Source: Paragordius varius (Eukaryota > Animalia > Nematomorpha). From it: DNA of 64,000 nucleotides. Position 1 is the stretch's first letter; the number at the start of each line of letters is the position of its first letter. Made by a program: the position numbers and the translations under genes. This document shows, piece after piece, positions 62,721-64,000 of this stretch. The notes beneath the pieces were generated by a model that worked only from the letters and a program-made list of their open reading frames with translations, made no database searches and was not told where the DNA came from. Location: NCBI GenBank assembly GCA_964247055.1, contig OZ176050.1, positions 13,392,001 through 13,456,000 of the forward strand, in the 5' to 3' direction.

Positions 62721-64000
62721 CACCTTTTCTCATTATTTATTTATAGTGTAATGTGTTTTAATTAGGATAGCTTAGGAAATAATTATGCTGAATAATAAGG
62801 GTAAAGGAACTTCATTTAACTTTAATGATTTTTTTGTTTAATTTTAAAGGAGGAACGTAAATAAACTTGTGATGCAACCACCTCGTTAGATAGTTAGTAT
62901 TGGAAGAAAGATAATCAATTTTAATTAATTCCGTTTACATTCCTATCGGTTTTTAGAACTTATTCCAAATATTTTTTTAGATATTCGAGGGAGCTTTTGG
63001 GTATATTTTTTTATCATAGGAAATTTAATGTGGCTCAATTTTTTTTAATAAAAGTTAGCTTTACTTTGATAATGCAATCTCAACGAAAGAAATAAATTGT
63101 TTCAAAATCCATAAGTCGTCGTATAAAATAAGGATAAGTGAAATTCAGCACATAGAACCAGAAAATTAATGATATATATATTTTTCGATAAAAAACAATC
63201 AATTAAAGATTTATATCTGAACTATGCCTTTTAAAACCTATTAAAAAGCTAACATGGATTTTATAAACGTGGAATTACTATTACTGATGTTACCGCTTAA
63301 GTTTAAAGATTTTGATTATAAAACTTTGAATAAAACCGGTCTAATCATAAATATTTGCGATGATTGCTTCCTTTAATTTTCATATGATAAAAATTTGCAT
63401 AAGTAATTTATTATTTTATCATGGCCTTTCATCTATTTTCAGTTGTACTTTCAAAAACATTTTTTCATATAATTTTTGTTGATTTTACCATGACACATTG
63501 ACGAATATATTTTATGATAAAAAAATATCAAGATTCTCATAGCGCTTTTGATTTTGGGTCTTATAAGTAACTTAAGAAATTTAATACCACTTTTGTGGTT
63601 ATTGCTCCTCGAAAAATCGCAAAATTGCGCACAAAATGCTAACTAAATTTTACCTGAAAGCTATGCCTTATTCCAAAAAATATCCAAATACATCTTATGC
63701 TATATATATATAAAGATCAAAATAATATTTATATTAAATTTATGTGGGCTCCTAAAACCTCATGTTTTCGGACTCCTCTAAAACAGACAAGTTTTCTTAT
63801 GATAAACGCAAAAATGCCAAGGTCGCCCGATTAATATATGCTAGATTCTGAAAAAATATTATATGAAACATATGATATTTTACTCAAATAATAATTTTAA
63901 GCTTTGTTTTAGGATGTTTTATGGTATAAGTGTGCTGGAAATGTAAAAAGGCTTTAACATAAGACTTTTCTATCTAATTCAATTATGGTAAATCTAACAC

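Overview
Very AT-rich animal genomic DNA with intron-containing genes; a fast-evolving, probably parasitic lineage is inferred from the AT content and tiny introns, but the taxon was not determined. Six protein-coding genes were rebuilt by eye across exons: a BTB-BACK-Kelch gene (-), Bicaudal-D (-), pyrroline-5-carboxylate reductase (-), glycine N-methyltransferase (+), a small mitochondrial membrane protein resembling COX7A (-) and the GATOR2 subunit MIOS (-). The window also holds an SRP (7SL) RNA gene, a decayed RTE LINE, four Mos1-like mariner relics, a hAT transposase relic, several MITE/foldback families and a ~160-bp satellite relic. The main finding is a segment order (A, D-inverted ... 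A-inverted, D) matching a ~31 kb inversion with inverted duplications at both breakpoints. This leaves the intact BicD gene facing decayed MIOS 3' exons and the intact MIOS gene facing an orphan copy of the last three BicD exons. The orphan BicD exons keep their ORF and splice sites, show mostly synonymous changes in two exons, and lie downstream of an inverted copy of the Kelch upstream region, so they may be a new BicD cargo-domain minigene. Other points of interest are many 23-28 nt introns beside kb-scale introns and an unexplained structured GC-rich island of ~120 nt. All alignments and counts were done by eye and need computational confirmation.
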